A stretch of 64,000 nt of DNA from an uncultured virus (IMG/VR IMGVR_UViG_3300049255_000202) (IMGVR_UViG_3300049255_000202), one strand, 5' to 3'. Counted from the first letter of the stretch, positions 1 to 10,553 are shown. Notes: generated from the letters alone by a model not told the origin. Program-made: numbers and translations.

Positions 1-90
1 TGGGTTCGTCTGCTCGTACTACGACGACGAGCCGGAGCCGCCGCCGGCCCTCGCGCTCGTGGACCTCGGGGACGACAAGAAAGGGTAGCC

Positions 91-792
91 GTGCGGGAAG
101 ACCTCCAGAAGCTCAACGATCACGTCGCGGGCTCGCCCGCGGGAGCGTCGACGGGGGCCGGAGAGAGGATCACGGCCTCGGCGCGCTTGGGGGCGCGGAG
201 GGCCTCGTTCTCCCGCTTGAGGCGCTCGATCTCGGCCAGCATGGCGGCGCGCTCGGGGCTCACGCGCGAACGGCTCGACGTGCGCGTGCGTGAAGCGAAG
301 CTCGACCCGAACGACCTCGATCTGAACCCGCACCTTCAGCTCGTCCACGTGGCCGATGCCGTGGTCGCGGACGTGAAGGACATGGGCTTCACGGAGGTCA
401 CGCGCGAAGAGGTCTACCTCGCGTGGCTTACGGACGTGACGGAGGCGGGCCAGCTCCCCGAGCACGAGTTCACGGGGAAGTGGGAGGACCGCTTCACGGA
501 GAAGGGCCACGCACTCACGAAGGTACTCGCCGGGGAAGCCCTCGCTCCCGTCGAGGAGGCGTTCCGCGAGATCGACCTCCGCCACCAGAAGGCGAAGCGC
601 GAGATTTGGGCGGTCAAGTACCCCGATGGGACGTGGCGTGCGCCCGACCACTTCACGAGCAGCCGCACGCCGGACCCGAAGGAAGCCAAGCCGTTCTACG
701 ACGCGAGCGGCAAGTTCGCCGCCGAGGGCTTCCAGCGCCTCTGCCCCGGCTCCGAAGTCGTTCCCCACCCGCACCCCGAGGTTTGGTCATGA
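91..792 (+). CDS. hypothetical protein
   Basis: 233 aa ORF with GC3-rich codons; overlaps the start of the next gene (ATGA at 789). Confidence 0.6.
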   Translation: MREDLQKLNDHVAGSPAGASTGAGERITASARLGARRASFSRLRRSISASMAARSGLTRERLDVRVREAKLDPNDLDLNPHLQLVHVADAVVADVKDMGFTEVTREEVYLAWLTDVTEAGQLPEHEFTGKWEDRFTEKGHALTKVLAGEALAPVEEAFREIDLRHQKAKREIWAVKYPDGTWRAPDHFTSSRTPDPKEAKPFYDASGKFAAEGFQRLCPGSEVVPHPHPEVWS

Positions 793-1253
793 ACTTCGTC
801 GCCCTCATCGACGGCAAGATCCAGATCCGATTCGCGGACGATGCTCGTCCGGTCAAGTTCAGGCCGGACGAGACGGTGCGCATGGGCAGGCACTTCGCCA
901 AGCACCGGACGTGGAACTTCATGTGCTCGTCCTCGTGCGACTTCCCCCACGAGAACGGGTTCAAGCGGAGTTTCGACGTGAGCCAGGTGCTTGGCAAGGC
1001 CGTCGAGCTTGCCCGTGCGCGCGTCGCGATCCCCTTCAAACGTGGCCCACTCGAAGGCATCAGCGCCCGACTCGACACCATCGTGAAGAAGGCGGGATTC
1101 CCGGTGTCCCTCAACTTTCTCAAGTCGGGGAAGAGGGGCGAGGACGTGGTCATCACCTTCGAGGACGAGGCCCAATTCGAGTTTTTCACCGGCGGCATCC
1201 GCTACGCCAACCGGCTCGTCAACCCGGTTGATCCCGGCCGTCGGCGCTCCTAG
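789..1253 (+). CDS. hypothetical protein
   Basis: ATG at 789 (MNFVALIDGK) coupled to the upstream stop codon. Confidence 0.6.
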   Translation: MNFVALIDGKIQIRFADDARPVKFRPDETVRMGRHFAKHRTWNFMCSSSCDFPHENGFKRSFDVSQVLGKAVELARARVAIPFKRGPLEGISARLDTIVKKAGFPVSLNFLKSGKRGEDVVITFEDEAQFEFFTGGIRYANRLVNPVDPGRRRS

Positions 1254-1274
1254 TAGGATCGGAGGACCCGCATC

Positions 1275-1634
1275 ATGGCGTGGACAACCCTCAAACGCGG
1301 AAACGACTGGGGCCACGAATACCTCGCCCCCGAGCCCCTCGACGAGCGTGGCTACGCAAGCGCCAACCGGGGCTTGAAATTCGAGAACGGCCAGACCGTC
1401 AGGGTGCGCTTCCCCGATGGCACCGAAGCGAGCCTCCCAGTCCGGCTCCGCCACACGAGCACGACTGTCGGGGACATGGGCCACACGTACCCGGTCGAGT
1501 TCGACCTCCCGTACATCGCGGTCACGACCCACGGCGTGGTGACGGAGCTTACGCTCGATGCGCCAGGGCTCCAAGTGTGGGTCTCGGATCAGGTAGAGCG
1601 CGTCGGGGCTCCCGGCGCCTCGTGCGAGGGGTGA
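1275..1634 (+). CDS. hypothetical protein
   Basis: GGAGG RBS; TTGATC-N17-TAGTAG upstream at 1228-1256. Confidence 0.65.
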   Translation: MAWTTLKRGNDWGHEYLAPEPLDERGYASANRGLKFENGQTVRVRFPDGTEASLPVRLRHTSTTVGDMGHTYPVEFDLPYIAVTTHGVVTELTLDAPGLQVWVSDQVERVGAPGASCEG

Positions 1635-1637
1635 AAC

Positions 1638-1921
1638 ATGAGCAAGATCCGCGTCGTCTACAAGCGCCCCGGCAAGCACGCCGAGATCATCCACGTCGAC
1701 AACACGCTGGAGGAGTTCCAGCGGCTCCTCGACGGCGGCTACCTCGAAGGCGTGCGTGTCTTGCAGGATGTCCACGCCTACATCGACGAGGAGGGCCGGC
1801 TCAAGAGCCTGCCGTTCAACTTCCTCCTCCCAGCGGTCGGGACCATCGTAGGACCGGCCGTCTTCTCGAAGGTGGACGCCGAGGGCGAGGACACCGGGTT
1901 CGAGTCTTTCGGCGGAACTGA
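1638..1921 (+). CDS. DUF3846-like protein, 3' end probably frameshifted
   Basis: NTLEEFQRLLDGGYLE...IDEEGRLKSLPFN...IVGPAVF pattern. Confidence 0.6.
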
Positions 1922-2160
1922 CCATGGACCCCGAGAAGAAGAAGCCCAAGACGGACGCCGAGATCCTCGAAGAGGCGCATGCATACCGGGCGAACCTCTC
2001 GAAGTACGACCTTCACAAGGGGGAGCGGTGGTGGTCCCGGCTCCTCACCATGGTCGAGGAGCGGGACGCCGAGATCGCCGCGCTGCTCCAAGCCAGGGCA
2101 AAACGGTTCCGAGCGCAGGCGTTTCGATGGTTCTCCGGTGTACGATCTAGAGGGTAGGCC

Positions 2161-4011
2161 ATGAAGTCCGGTCGCGTCGAAGGCATCCCGTACTCGTTTT
2201 CCCGGTGGACGGACGTCACTGCGGCGAAGTGGGCGTGGTTCGAGGACGCGATGCGCGAGGGCAAGATGATTGCCTTCGACCCGCGCGATGCGATCCCCTA
2301 CGAGTGGTCCCTCAAGCCCGAGGACACGCTCGGGATGGTCTTCTGGACGAAGTACCCTCAGCGGCTCGTCGCCGCTCGGTCGATGCTCGCGTCGTACAAG
2401 CTCAAGGTCCACGTGACCATCACGGGGTGGCACGAGGTCGAGAAAGGCGTGGCCTCCGTCGAGGTCCTCACGGACGCGGCGTGGTCGATCGCGGAGCAGT
2501 GGGGCAAAGAGAACGTCGTGTGGCGCTTCTCGCCGGTCCCGCTCGTCGACGACGTCCTCGCCCGGTTCGAGCGCATCGCGACCAAGCTCGCGGGCGGGGT
2601 CGATCGCGTCTACCTCTCGTTCCTCCAAGACAACGACATGCTCCCCGAGACGCGCGACCCGGACGCGAAGCTCGCGCTCATGGTGGACATGGCGAAGGTC
2701 GCCCAGAGCCGCGGGATTGCCGTTCGCCTCTGCAATGAGGACCGAACGCTCCATCGCGTCGAGGGCCTTCCCGAGAACCTCTCCGCCGGCGTGTGCGCGC
2801 CGCCCGAGGATTTCGATCAGCCGGGCGCCGGCCGTCCCCCGAGCGAGGGGTGTGGATGCGTGCTCATGGCCGACCCGTTCACGATCAACGAGACCTGCAC
2901 CTTCGGGTGCCAGTACTGCCTAGCTCCCGAAACGCTGGTCCTTTACGCGGATCAAGTGTGGCGACCCATCGGCAATGCCAAGGTTGGGGACGTGCTCGTG
3001 GGCTTCGACGAGTTCCCGACATCGGGGGTGCGCAAGATGCGCGAGACCGTCATCGAGGCGGTCAAGGTCTCTAAGCAGCCGGCGATTCGGATGATCACTG
3101 GTCAGAGTGAGGTCATCACCACGAGCAACCACGGTTGGATCAACGACCGTGGTAAATGGGTCTCCACTCGCACCCTTTGGGGGCATGGGCCAGATCGGAC
3201 GAAACTCCGACAAATGGGCATGGTGCGGGAGATGCAGATCACCGAGCCGTACAAGCTCGGATACCTCACGGCGATGTCGCTCGGAGATGGTACGATGCGG
3301 TACGAGCCCGGCCAGCGAAGCGACAAGCTGGGTTTCCCGCAAGCCTATTGGCGTGTGGCTTTGAAAGAGGGGGATGAGGCGATTCTCGGAAGATTGATCG
3401 CCTACCTCGCTTCGTTCGGCGTGGAAGCGTTCATGCGGCCTTTCAACGGTCGGGGCGCCTCCGACCCCTACGTGATGCACAAAGTCGAGATCCGAGCCCT
3501 GGGAAAGCTCGCCCGCATCCACGAATTGCTCGCCATGGAGCCAGAGCACCCCGATTACTGGCGTGGGTTCCTCGCGGGGTTCTATGATGCCGAGGGGGGC
3601 ACGTGTCGATCCAACCTTCGGGTCAGCCAAAAAGATCGGACTGTTCTCCGCCGTGTATGCGATTACGCCCGCAAATTCGGCTTCGACCTGTACGTTGAAC
3701 CTTGCAGTGAATCCATGCCGGTCGGTACGTCCCGCCTCCGGGGCTCCATTCGAGAGCGCATGCGTTTTATCCAGACCATTCAGCCTGCGCTTGCGCGAAA
3801 GTCTCCCGACTGGCTCGCGCGAACTTTCGAGGCTGATGACGACCCGGTCATGCACAAGGAGCGCATCGGAGAGCGCGACGTAGTTGACATTCAAACGTCA
3901 ACCCACACGTTTTTCGCCGCCGGGTTGGCAACGCATAACTGCTACGCGGCTGACAAGACCCTCACGCCGAAGAAGCGGAACACGACCAAGGGTCTCCCAG
4001 TGGTGCCCTGA
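2161..4011 (+). CDS. DUF1848-like / radical-SAM-type Fe-S protein containing an intein
   Basis: N-terminal SFSRWTDV and FWTKYP; after removing the intein the extein reads CTFGCQY-CYA (CxxxCxxC). Confidence 0.8.
   Translation: MKSGRVEGIPYSFSRWTDVTAAKWAWFEDAMREGKMIAFDPRDAIPYEWSLKPEDTLGMVFWTKYPQRLVAARSMLASYKLKVHVTITGWHEVEKGVASVEVLTDAAWSIAEQWGKENVVWRFSPVPLVDDVLARFERIATKLAGGVDRVYLSFLQDNDMLPETRDPDAKLALMVDMAKVAQSRGIAVRLCNEDRTLHRVEGLPENLSAGVCAPPEDFDQPGAGRPPSEGCGCVLMADPFTINETCTFGCQYCLAPETLVLYADQVWRPIGNAKVGDVLVGFDEFPTSGVRKMRETVIEAVKVSKQPAIRMITGQSEVITTSNHGWINDRGKWVSTRTLWGHGPDRTKLRQMGMVREMQITEPYKLGYLTAMSLGDGTMRYEPGQRSDKLGFPQAYWRVALKEGDEAILGRLIAYLASFGVEAFMRPFNGRGASDPYVMHKVEIRALGKLARIHELLAMEPEHPDYWRGFLAGFYDAEGGTCRSNLRVSQKDRTVLRRVCDYARKFGFDLYVEPCSESMPVGTSRLRGSIRERMRFIQTIQPALARKSPDWLARTFEADDDPVMHKERIGERDVVDIQTSTHTFFAAGLATHNCYAADKTLTPKKRNTTKGLPVVP
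2917..3939 (+). mobile_element. intein with LAGLIDADG homing endonuclease (341 aa)
   Basis: Starts CLAPETLV, ends FFAAGLATHN followed by Cys; MSLGDG and FLAGFYDAEG motifs; codon usage differs from the flanks. Confidence 0.92.
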
Positions 4012-4372
4012 TGCCCGCGCGATTCGTTCTCCAGCCTAACGGTCTCCTCGGCCGGTTCTCGTCCATCGTGGACCACTTCACGCACTACGACCTCACGAAG
4101 GAAGAGGCGATCGAGGTCGCGCGCTTGGAATGGGCCTCCGCGAGGCCGAGGAGAAGGTGGAGCGCGGCCTCAAGGACGAGATCCCGTGGAAGTCCGGCGT
4201 GTACGGGGACGGCACCGCCCGGTGGAAGGACTCCCTGGAGATGATCGAGATGGTTCACGGCAAGGCCGAGCGCCGGAAGGTCGAGGCTCTGTTGAGCCGC
4301 AAGCCGAAGGTCGCCCCCAAGCGCAAGGCCAAACCCAAGGCCGCGCCCAAGCGAAAGAAGGCCCGCCGATGA
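4011..4372 (+). CDS. hypothetical protein, frameshifted near 4128
   Basis: ORFs 4011-4244 and 4130-4372 join into one plausible protein with a Lys-rich tail. Confidence 0.5.
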
Positions 4373-4981
4373 ACGACATGTGTCTTTGCGGTCAGCCCTA
4401 CTCGGCCCACGAGGAGGGCTACTGCCAGGAATCCGGCTGCGACGAGTTCAGGGTGGACGTCGCCAAAAGCCCGCCGGTCACGCGGGAGGACGTCGAGTTC
4501 ATCGCGGACATCCTCGACCGGGACCACTCGACGATCCCGAACCAAGAGCGCGCCGACGCCATCATCGAGAAGCTCCGGCAGCTATTCCCCTGACCGGACC
4601 GCCCCTACATGAACAGCATGAGGCTCGCGCTCATCGGGGGGACCTTTGACGCGGACGGCGGGAAGCGGTCGGGCTACGTCGAGCGTCTCGCCAACGCCCT
4701 CATGGCTAGGGTCCGCAAGGCCAAGACGCTCGACGAGTAGTCTCGCGGTTCAAGGCCAACGTGGCGCGATTCGTCACGGACCCGACCATCAAGGCGGTCC
4801 AGGTGGACGTGCGCACCCCTCCTGCGCGCGAGGACGAGGAGTGGCTCCCCGACCCCGACGATGTGGGTGAGGACGACTTCGCGTGGCGCCACAACGACGC
4901 TTTGAGCGCTCGTGTGGCAGAGATGCTCGAAGGTGCGTTCCCGCGCGTTACGGCCGGTCACGTGAATGTGTGACCCTCAAG

Positions 4982-5010
4982 TTGATCGCGGGGGCCGGTC
5001 GGCCTAGTAC
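4982..5010 (+). promoter_or_regulatory. class I sigma70-like promoter TTGATC-N17-TAGTAC
   Basis: Same arrangement at 25500, 32704, 45762 and 46042; variants at 1228, 33465 and 57353 (minus); ATG follows 4 nt later. Confidence 0.7.
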
Positions 5011-5014
5011 GACC

Positions 5015-5293
5015 ATGGCAACCTTCCGTCGCAACGGTGCTGGTGAGTGGGTCGTCTTCGGCACGCCGGACGAAGTCAAGCCCGGCAAGGTGCGCGTGGA
5101 GCGCAAGGACCGCACGGTCCGTTTCGTCGACGTCGTGGGCGTCGGCCGCCCCTTCTCGGCCAACGGCCGCACGATGGTGTACGGCTACCTGACGGCTCGC
5201 GCCGACGAGGCACCGGCTCCCAAGCCCGCGCCGGCTCCCGTAGCGGAGCCCGTCGAGTCGGCGTCGCCCTTCGATTCGTCGTTCGACTTCTGA
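5015..5293 (+). CDS. hypothetical protein (probably leaderless)
   Basis: ATG 4 nt after TAGTAC; MATFRRNGAGEW. Confidence 0.65.
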   Translation: MATFRRNGAGEWVVFGTPDEVKPGKVRVERKDRTVRFVDVVGVGRPFSANGRTMVYGYLTARADEAPAPKPAPAPVAEPVESASPFDSSFDF

Positions 5294-5321
5294 GCGGAGG
5301 TTCGCGTGAGGGCAGGTCATC

Positions 5322-5807
5322 GTGATGCAAGGCGTGAGCGGGTCGGGCAAGAGCACTCTTGCCCGCCGGCTCCGCGACGCATGCCCGGCCGGGACGTGCG
5401 TGATCGTCTCCGCGGACGCTCTGTTCTTCGGTCCCGACGGCACGTACACGTTTGACCCCACGAAGCTCGACGAGGCGCACAACGAGTGCTTCCGCAATTT
5501 CCTCCGCGCCCTCGTGGACGACAACGTTCAGGTCATCCTCGTGGACAACACGAACACCCTGTCGGCGGACTGCGCGCCGTACATGCGGGCCGCGAGTGCC
5601 TTCGGGTGGAAGCCGCGCATCCTTCGGGTGGAGTGCGACCCCGCGGTGGCCCTCGGCCGCAACGGTGGCCGGGCGCCGGCCAAGGTCGTCGACGGCCAGG
5701 CGCGGAACTTGGAGTACCAGACGCTGCCGGCCTACTGGAAGGTCTCGACCGTCAAAGCCGGGGAGATTCCCGAGCCGGCCGACCTGCTCGTGTGGCCGGT
5801 GTTTTAA
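5322..5807 (+). CDS. AAA_33 / polynucleotide-kinase-like P-loop protein
   Basis: GVSGSGKST Walker A, VSAD and VDNTN motifs. Confidence 0.8.
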   Translation: MMQGVSGSGKSTLARRLRDACPAGTCVIVSADALFFGPDGTYTFDPTKLDEAHNECFRNFLRALVDDNVQVILVDNTNTLSADCAPYMRAASAFGWKPRILRVECDPAVALGRNGGRAPAKVVDGQARNLEYQTLPAYWKVSTVKAGEIPEPADLLVWPVF

Positions 5808-6539
5808 CCAAGAGGCTGCGATGACCACGACGCTCGAACTTCAAGGCATGGCTCGGGTCGTCCAATACCTTCGCGAGCGTCGCACTGGACTCGCCAGGGT
5901 GTGCGACGGCTTGACCGATCGCGACCTCGCGGATCGGCACGGCCTCAAGGCGCTCGGGGTGGGCGAAGCCGCCATGATGGTCGAGGAAGGCATCACGCGG
6001 GCGCTACGCGAGCGTGACCCATCCCTCGGACCTGGCGGCCGCTGGACCGTGTGTCCGTCGTGCGGCCACGTGCTCCAGGTCCACGGGCATCAGGAGGGAT
6101 GCCCGACGCCTTGCTACGATCCCCACATCGATCCGTGCCCGAAGTGCCATGGCTGACGACCCGAAGCGCAACCCCGGCTGGAACCGGCCTCCCGACTGGA
6201 AGTACGAGGAGGACTGGAACTCGCCCGCGTGGAAAGAGCGCATGCGTCAAGTCCGCGAGCGCTTGGCCGCCGATACGGCGGCTCACGGCTTCGAGGTGTG
6301 CCCTAAATGCGGCCAGGCGCACAACGGCAAGACGCTCCGCTGCCGCGCGTGCAACTACTACCAGCTCACGCCCAGCCGGTTCGCCACGTGGCTCTGGGAG
6401 TCAGACCGGGAACTCGGCGCGGTTCGCTTCGAGGCGGAGACGGAAGTCGAGCGGGCGAGCAAGTACCTGGAGTACGCCGAGCACTGCATGGCGAACGTCC
6501 CGCAAGTCGAGTGGCCAGGGTGCATCTTGAAGAGGCTCC

Positions 6540-7145
6540 GTGCCGAAACGTGAGCTGAGCACCTCGTGGTGGAACGTCATCCGCCGCAAGATGACGGCGA
6601 CGCCGGCCAAGGAGTACCTCACCGCCTGCCCCGACTGCGGCTCGCTCATGTGGCTCATGCGCGGCAAGTACGGCCGCTTCTACAAGTGCCGTCGGCTTGA
6701 TTGTCGCGGGACCAAGGGCGCTCACCTCGACGGCCGTCCGCGCCGCGACACGGGGCCGGAACCGCTCATTCGAGCCCGCCGACAAGCCCGCGACGCCATC
6801 CACAAGATCGTCCTCGAACGCACCCGACGCTACCGCAAGGAGAACGCGGAGGCCAAAGCTCGGGGCCGCGCGTGGTGGACGCATCACCACCTCGCGTGTT
6901 GCGAGTTCGACTTTCAGGACGTGCTCGGCATGGCAAACCTCCCTCCCGTCCCGATTCACCCGTCGCGCCGCCGTCGATGGACTCCGCCGTGGGAGCCCAA
7001 GGGCTTCAATCTGCGGAAGCGGACCATCGAGGAGTGCGAGCGAATCGCCCAGGCGGCCGATGTCGTACTCCGTCGCCTCCGTGGTCACGCCTGGGACCGC
7101 GTGCTCGTCGATGCCCTCGACGCCTCCCTGAAAGCGTTCGAGTAG
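6540..7145 (+). CDS. zinc-ribbon protein, paralog of 7678-8250
   Basis: CPDCGSLM...GKYGRFYKC...C; C-terminal AWDRVLVD tag. Confidence 0.65.
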   Translation: MPKRELSTSWWNVIRRKMTATPAKEYLTACPDCGSLMWLMRGKYGRFYKCRRLDCRGTKGAHLDGRPRRDTGPEPLIRARRQARDAIHKIVLERTRRYRKENAEAKARGRAWWTHHHLACCEFDFQDVLGMANLPPVPIHPSRRRRWTPPWEPKGFNLRKRTIEECERIAQAADVVLRRLRGHAWDRVLVDALDASLKAFE

Positions 7146-7180
7146 CTGTCAGAAGTGGCGGTGCCCAGCGTCTAGTGGGC

Positions 7181-7681
7181 ATGGATGATCGACTCGCGGC
7201 AGCACTCGTCGCAACGTGGATTCAACAGGGCGCCCGTGGGCAGGTCCCCGCGGACGTCCTCCCGGCACTCGTCGAGAAAACCATCAACCGGGCGCCTGAG
7301 CGTCCCCGGTTCTACGCCAGGGCGGTAGGATGGCACTGGACCATCACCCAGCATCGGCGGTCCGTGACGCAGGTGCGTCAGGAGCGGCTCGCTGCACTCA
7401 AACTCGCCCGCGAGGAGGCGGAGCGTGAGAGGCGCGAGGCATTCGAGGTAGCTCGGGCCGAGTTCTACGAGCTTCTCGCACGGCTCGTCCCCACGCTCCC
7501 CGAGATCCAGGTCCGATGGCTCGGGATGGTGCGGCTTGTGTGCTTCGAGGGCGTGAAGCCGCATGACACGGCGGAGCACTTCCCTGGGATCTCCAGGGAC
7601 GCGCGCTACCAGTGGAAGCGACGCGGCATCACGTTGCTCCAGCCGATGGCCTCCGACACGTTGCTCCGGTTCCTGCGTTAG
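7181..7681 (+). CDS. possible sigma-factor region-4-like HTH protein
   Basis: C-terminal FEGVKPHDTAEHFPGISRDARYQWKRRG resembles an ECF sigma region 4 HTH; weak. Confidence 0.4.
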   Translation: MDDRLAAALVATWIQQGARGQVPADVLPALVEKTINRAPERPRFYARAVGWHWTITQHRRSVTQVRQERLAALKLAREEAERERREAFEVARAEFYELLARLVPTLPEIQVRWLGMVRLVCFEGVKPHDTAEHFPGISRDARYQWKRRGITLLQPMASDTLLRFLR

Positions 7682-8250
7682 CTCCGGCGCTTCTTCTTCG
7701 GGCGCGGGTTCTCCTCGAACACGTCGTCGTCCGCGTCGAGCACGTCCCAGACCGTCCGCACGCCGGGGAATTCCGCACGGACCAATCCGACGAGCTGCTG
7801 GCACTGGTCAGCCGTGAACGTCCCGATGTGCGCCTGGTCGTCCGCGAGCTTCATCGTCTTGCGCATCCAGGCGTAGGCCGCCGAACGTGACATGCGAGGC
7901 TTCTCGCCGTTCGTGTTCGTCTTCCAGAGCCGGTCGAACACGCGGTGCGCGAAGATGCGGGCCTTGCGCGTCTCCTTGTTCCCAGGCGTACCCTTCGGAC
8001 GACCGTCGTTGAGAGCGCCGTGGCTCGCCTTGCACGCCGGGTACTTCTCGCACCCGTAGAAGAGGCCGTGCTTGCTGTTGCGGAGCTTCATCGTCGCGCC
8101 GCACTCGGGGCACACGAGGTCGAACCGCTCGCCGGGAAACCCCATCCCGAGCTTCTCGTCGCGCAGAGAGATGTCCTCCGCCGCCGGCTTCGGAGGCTCG
8201 GCGAGCTTCGTTTCGAAGAGGTCTTCGAGGATGGCTCGCGAGACAGGCAT
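7678..8250 (-). CDS. topoisomerase C4 zinc-ribbon / DUF3268-like protein
   Basis: CPECGATMKLRNSKHGLFYGCEKYPAC, AHRVFDRLWK, AYAWM, AHIG; TVWDVLDADDD tag. Confidence 0.75.
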   Translation of the reverse strand: MPVSRAILEDLFETKLAEPPKPAAEDISLRDEKLGMGFPGERFDLVCPECGATMKLRNSKHGLFYGCEKYPACKASHGALNDGRPKGTPGNKETRKARIFAHRVFDRLWKTNTNGEKPRMSRSAAYAWMRKTMKLADDQAHIGTFTADQCQQLVGLVRAEFPGVRTVWDVLDADDDVFEENPRPKKKRRS

Positions 8251-8262
8251 CTCAGTTAGAAG

Positions 8263-8805
8263 TTACACCGGGTTCGGGTCTTCGTCGTCAAGGAGCCGCT
8301 CCCACGCCGTGGTCCGCTCGTATTTGACCCCGGTCTGGTCGCTCGACATGTGAGTGATCTCCCCGTCCGCAAGGGCGACGCCATTGAGGGTCACCCGGAC
8401 GGAGAACGCAAAGGTCTCGTCCTGCCTGTATTGGTGGAGGTCTTCCCCGACGACCCACGGTACCTCGGGAAAACTCCCAGGAAGTACGACCATTTGCATC
8501 AGCTCGACGTTCGGGAAGTCGAGGGCGACGTAGAACGTCCGGCACTGGGTGGCATCGCGGCGCCCGCTGGAGAGCACGTAGACCCCGTGGTCCACGATGT
8601 CGTACTCGCGCATGACGTTCGAGCCCTGCCGAGCGCGGGCCGTCTCTTCGAGCGCGGTGGTGCGGCCTGTTCGGACGCCGTCGACGAAGCGCGCGACCCG
8701 AGACACGCTGCCTTCGGTCTCCAAAGTGCGGACCGTGACGAGGGTGTCGAGGTTGCCGTCCCCCTCGACCGTAACGGCGTGTGTGGTGAGGTCGAGCAGA
8801 ATCAT
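8263..8805 (-). CDS. hypothetical protein with C-terminal TAWERLLDDED tag
   Basis: 180 aa ORF coupled to the upstream gene. Confidence 0.65.
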   Translation of the reverse strand: MILLDLTTHAVTVEGDGNLDTLVTVRTLETEGSVSRVARFVDGVRTGRTTALEETARARQGSNVMREYDIVDHGVYVLSSGRRDATQCRTFYVALDFPNVELMQMVVLPGSFPEVPWVVGEDLHQYRQDETFAFSVRVTLNGVALADGEITHMSSDQTGVKYERTTAWERLLDDEDPNPV

Positions 8806-9806
8806 GCGCGCGGGAGGGTCCAGGCGAGTCCCGCCTCGACCTCATCCGCGAGCTTCGCATTCATGCGGCGAAGCGACGCCAACTGTCGGGGGGATGTGTC
8901 CATCCCGATCAGTACACCGACCGGCGTCTGCGCCATTCGTATCCATCGGTCAAGCGTCGTGATGAACGTCGCCATCTCACGAAGCAGACCGCGTTTCTCA
9001 GGTCGGAGGGCGCGTTCGAGACCGTCGAAACAGAGAACGTAGCGATTGAGGAGCGCGTTGTGCTCCGCGAGCGTGATGAGGAAGAAGAGGACGTCGAGTC
9101 TCTCTTGGTCCGTGTTCACACGCCGAGTGACGCCGGCTGCTTCGAGCATCGCTTGGTCGCTCGCGGAGAGGTGACTTCCCGTCATCCACCGGACCATCGC
9201 TTGGAAGAACTGGAGACTCGGCTCGAACTCCTTGTTCTCACGGAGGCGGAAGCGAAGCTCCCAGAGCACCCGGTACATCTCATGGAACAGGTAGTAGGGT
9301 TGGTCCACCATGGTGCGCAGAGGCTCCTCGACGAGGAACGTCGGCGACGCGGCGAGCGCCCAGAGGAACTCCCATCCAGAAAACGGAGGCGGGAACCACT
9401 TTGGCAGGTCCCGCCGAGCTTCGTGTGGCACCTCGGCCGAGGCGAGTCGGGCGGTCACGTTCGCGAGTACCGTCTGATTGACCCACTCGCGGGCCGGGTC
9501 GCCGATGACGTCTTCTACCGTCTCGGGTCGGAATGACGCCCACTCTTCGGAGAGGTACTTGCGGTACCAGCTCAGTCGGTCGTGAGCCGTGTCGCCAGGT
9601 ACCACGAGCATCGCAGGACGCTTGCCCTCGTCGTGGAACCGGAGGGTCCATTTGATCACCGGCTCGACCGGCGGCGGCGTTGACGCGGGCTCCTCGATCA
9701 TGCGGCGCCTCAGGGGCTTGGCCCTGACATCATCCCACGCGGAGGACACCGAGTCATCCGCAGGTGGTAGGAGGCGCAGTCGGGCAGCTTTGGCGGTGGA
9801 GTTCAT
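8802..9806 (-). CDS. degenerate BrxD/DUF2791-like ATPase-fold protein
   Basis: RWMTG...GVTRRVNTDQERLDVL...YVLCFDGLE resembles the Walker B region of BREX ATPases; no Walker A seen. Confidence 0.4.
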   Translation of the reverse strand: MNSTAKAARLRLLPPADDSVSSAWDDVRAKPLRRRMIEEPASTPPPVEPVIKWTLRFHDEGKRPAMLVVPGDTAHDRLSWYRKYLSEEWASFRPETVEDVIGDPAREWVNQTVLANVTARLASAEVPHEARRDLPKWFPPPFSGWEFLWALAASPTFLVEEPLRTMVDQPYYLFHEMYRVLWELRFRLRENKEFEPSLQFFQAMVRWMTGSHLSASDQAMLEAAGVTRRVNTDQERLDVLFFLITLAEHNALLNRYVLCFDGLERALRPEKRGLLREMATFITTLDRWIRMAQTPVGVLIGMDTSPRQLASLRRMNAKLADEVEAGLAWTLPRA

Positions 9807-10546
9807 GTCGTCTTGGGGAGGGAAAACGACGTTCGTTTCATCAGAGCCGCCAGCGCAGGGGCGACGGCTTCAATCCGAGCGAGAACTTCGGTCTCTCCAG
9901 ACCATCCCAAACAGAACGAGAGGGTCGTACCACAGTCCCCCGAGACCGCGAGCAGCTTTTCAAGGGATTTCAGGTTGCACTCGCGTCCGTTTTCAAGATC
10001 GTCAAACGCCAACTTCGCGCCTTTGAGCACCCCGAGAGCACATGCCTGGCGGAGGAAACTCACCGTGTTCACTAGGGAGTTGGCTCCGATGATCCACTCG
10101 CTCGTGAGCTGCCAGACCGCATGTGATCCGAGAGAGCCCATGTGAGGCGTAAGAAACTCGCGGAAAGGCGCGGTAAGCCGCGAGGAGTCGGCCCCCGTAG
10201 CAAGGATCGTGTCGCGAATGAGCGGACTGACGGTTTCTCCGTGGCCTCGGCTCCAACTTGCGTACTCTTTGAAGATTTCGCGAAGCGTCTCGGCCGCACC
10301 CTGACCAAAAGTCCACCTTCGGGCATGCTCACGCCGCAGCAGAACCGCCTCACCTGCGGCTTTCTGCACCGAGGCGAGCTTGTCCAGAGTTGCGAGCCGT
10401 ACCGCACTACGGCCCACCAGGGTCACAACCTGGTCGTGAGTGATCCGCCAGGCGAGATCCTCGAACCAAGGGCGAGGCTCCGCTCTCCGCGAACGCAGAT
10501 CGGCCCAAACTTCGGCCAGATCTTCATCCTGTAGTGGAGGGGTCAC
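9803..10546 (-). CDS. hypothetical protein, possible distant paralog of 8802-9806
   Basis: EWIIG...LGVLKGAKLAFDDLE; GGTGTA-N10-GTG start. Confidence 0.45.
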   Translation of the reverse strand: MTPPLQDEDLAEVWADLRSRRAEPRPWFEDLAWRITHDQVVTLVGRSAVRLATLDKLASVQKAAGEAVLLRREHARRWTFGQGAAETLREIFKEYASWSRGHGETVSPLIRDTILATGADSSRLTAPFREFLTPHMGSLGSHAVWQLTSEWIIGANSLVNTVSFLRQACALGVLKGAKLAFDDLENGRECNLKSLEKLLAVSGDCGTTLSFCLGWSGETEVLARIEAVAPALAALMKRTSFSLPKTT

Positions 10547-10553
10547 GGGCTAA

